Below, piece by piece: positions 61,600-64,000 of a stretch of 64,000 nt of DNA. Made by a program: the position numbers and the translations under genes. The notes beneath the pieces are model-generated. The model saw only the letters and a list, made by a program, of their open reading frames with translations, was not told where the DNA came from and made no database searches. Within the stretch, counting starts at the first letter, position 1. The number at the start of each line of letters is the position of its first letter. The DNA is from Octopus bimaculoides (taxonomy: Eukaryota): NCBI RefSeq assembly GCF_001194135.2, contig NC_068989.1, forward strand, positions 29,262,023 through 29,326,022, given 5' to 3'.

Positions 61600-64000
61600 T
61601 TGTTTTTACTTTTCAGAGTGCTCGGTCTTGTTTGCTCTGGTAGATTCTGTGAGAACAGATAGCAGCCTGTTGTTAGAGGTCTTGCAGGATTTCTTTCTGC
61701 ACATTATAAGCTTTGATACTTGGTTGTTAATTATTGTGGGAAACATTCAACATTCAAGTACCAATCTCAAAATCCTAGCTGTCCCCAACAGAGCAGTTTT
61801 TTGGGCTTACTCTGCTCTCGTGTCAATTCCAATTTCTCTGACATATTTCTCAAACTTGGTTGTTAGTGCTCTGAGTACCCTTATAACTATTGGAGTGATG
61901 GGCACTCCCCTCATAGTCCACATTCTTGCAATTTTGTCTTTTAGTAGTCTGTACTTTTCAATCTTTTCTAGCTCTTTGTCACTTATGCGTGCATCCTCAG
62001 GTATGGCAATATCAATTATCTTGGTTTCTTTTAACTACTACAACAATATCTAGTCTCCAAGCATTGATTAGGGAGTCACATTGTAAAATCCCACAGTATC
62101 TTATATTCCTTGTTCTTGGTGTCTTCTTCTGGTTCATGTTCCTACCATTTCTGTGCTCTGTTCAGGCCATACTTTTCACATAGCTTCCAAGGGACGAACT
62201 TAGCCACATTATCGTGCCTCTTTTTGTAGTGTTTTTGGACCAGCTTGCTACACTCACTCACAATATGTGACATTGTTTCATTTTTGCTGCCATGCATCCT
62301 ACTAAGAGACAATTTGCTGCTCTTATCTATTTGGAACTTGGTGTAATTAATTCTCAGAGCTTGTTCCTGAGCGCTGCATATTAATGCCTCAGTGCATCCT
62401 TTCAAATCACTTTTTCTTAGCCATCTCCAAATGTTGATCTTATCTTTACCTTCGATTTCTCTGAGGTATTGTCCATGCAGTGATTTCATTTTCCTATTGT
62501 TTACTCTTTTTTCTTCATCTTGTTTCATAAATGTCTGTGGGGTCTCACATGTTTGATAGGTATGGTACTGTTAATTCTAACAGTGGCAAGCATGGATTCA
62601 CTTTGCTGTTTGATGTCCTGTTCCAAACTGTTCTTCTCATTGACAATACAGATCTTGCATCCTATGAGGCCTCTTCTTCCCCTGTTTCTAGGCACATACA
62701 GCCTGTCAGTATCACAGGAAATGAAATCCTTGTTAATTGTCATCACTTTTCTGGTTTTCCTGCCCATTTTCTCAAGCATGTTCTTTGTCTTCCTAACAAC
62801 ACCTGTGCCATATTGCATTAAGGAAGCAGCCCATGTGTTCATTACCCTCATCATCACCATCATCCAGCTGGATTTTCTACAGGGAACATGCCCTTGCTGA
62901 CTCCCAACCTCAGTTTCTAGACATGAGTGGTCCCGAGACCAAGGCCTCTACAATGATTTTAAGAAATGTGGTGGAAAACTAGCTCAGGAAGGCAGGGATG
63001 CTATTCCTTGAGACCCCTTTCGGAGCCCTCCTACCTATCTTATTTTTTCCATTGAGCCTACTTCTCATAATTAATATGGTTCTTCTGAGATATTTGCGCC
63101 TAAAGCTTCCTGTCATTTCACTTATGTTGATTTTGTCATATTCCAAAATCCCCAGATACTTATATCCATTAGTCTCAATATCCTAGATTTTCTTGCCATT
63201 GGGTAGTTCTACACCATCAGATGACACTACTTTACCTTTTTGTATTATAAGCATACCATGCTTTTTAGTCCCAAATTCCATTCCGATCTCCTTATTGAAT
63301 ATCTGCACTGTTGAAACTAGGCCATTTATTTCACATTCAGTCTCCTCAAAGATCTTTAAGTCATCCATATATAAAAGTTGATTTAATTTTCCTCCACTTT
63401 CCAAGGTGTACCCCAATGTCACTTTCCTTAGTATATGTGTGAGGGATATACAAATCAAAACAGCAATGGCGATAGGCTATTTCCTTGAAATATACCTCTC
63501 TTGATGTTAACCCATGCCAAGAATTTTTCACATGAAGTTAACTCTATATTCCAATTCTCCATTGATCTCCAAATAAAATTTGATACGTTATCGACACCTG
63601 TCGATAAAACTTAAAGCTGCTTAAAACTTTCTATAATCCAGGAATGGGGGACCATGTCATATTCTTTCTTATAATTGATCCACTTCATGCCCAGGTTGGT
63701 AAGTCTTTTCTTGCAGTCATTCAGCACCATTCTGTCTATCAGAAGGTGGTCTTTTGTCCCTTGGCCTTTCCTTCTGCATTCTTTCTGTTTCACTGGCAGT
63801 TTGTAATTCATTTTCAGAAAGTTATACACATAATTAGATATTACTCCTGTCATCAGCTTCTGCATCAGAACAGATGAAAAGAATCCACTGCATTGCTTTT
63901 ACTGGAATCCTTTTGGCAAAGAATTGTTTTACCTGTGGTCAGCCACTTTGGGATTTGTACCCTATTGTTGATCATTTTATCCATTTGCATGGCTATTCTT
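61600..64000 (-). mobile_element. R4/Dong-type LINE (RT fragments, knuckle, RLE, (AAT)n tail), running off the window end
   Basis: KQKEC...GTKDHLLIDR, YDMVPHSW, NQLLYMDDLK, LYVPRNRGRRGL, SLHGQYL...TEALICSAQEQALR and RHDNVAK..W.LC. Confidence 0.92.

Overview
AT-rich, repeat-saturated eukaryotic genomic DNA; there are no operons, CRISPR arrays, rRNA or true tRNA genes. The SINE and RTE families match those I recall from octopus genomes, so the source is probably a coleoid cephalopod (inference, not verified). I found no intact protein-coding gene. Nearly every meaningful ORF in the track is a broken piece of a transposable element: RTE, R4/Dong-type (RLE) and Tx1-type LINEs, a Penelope-like GIY-YIG fragment, Ty3/gypsy LTR elements, mariner, Tc1, piggyBac, MULE, Helitrons, MITEs and tRNA-derived SINEs, plus many microsatellites and four N gaps. 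Several insertions are nested with readable junctions: piggyBac in RTE at TTAA, gypsy inside a poorly characterised transposase-like ORF, and a MULE fragment in an RTE 3' UTR. The best non-TE leads are two recursive-splice-like sites (pyrimidine tract-AG|GTAAGT followed by a second donor) and several candidate minus-strand exons of an unidentified host gene. All exon calls are by eye and tentative. Most element boundaries are approximate (+/- tens of bp) unless a TSD or terminal motif is quoted.
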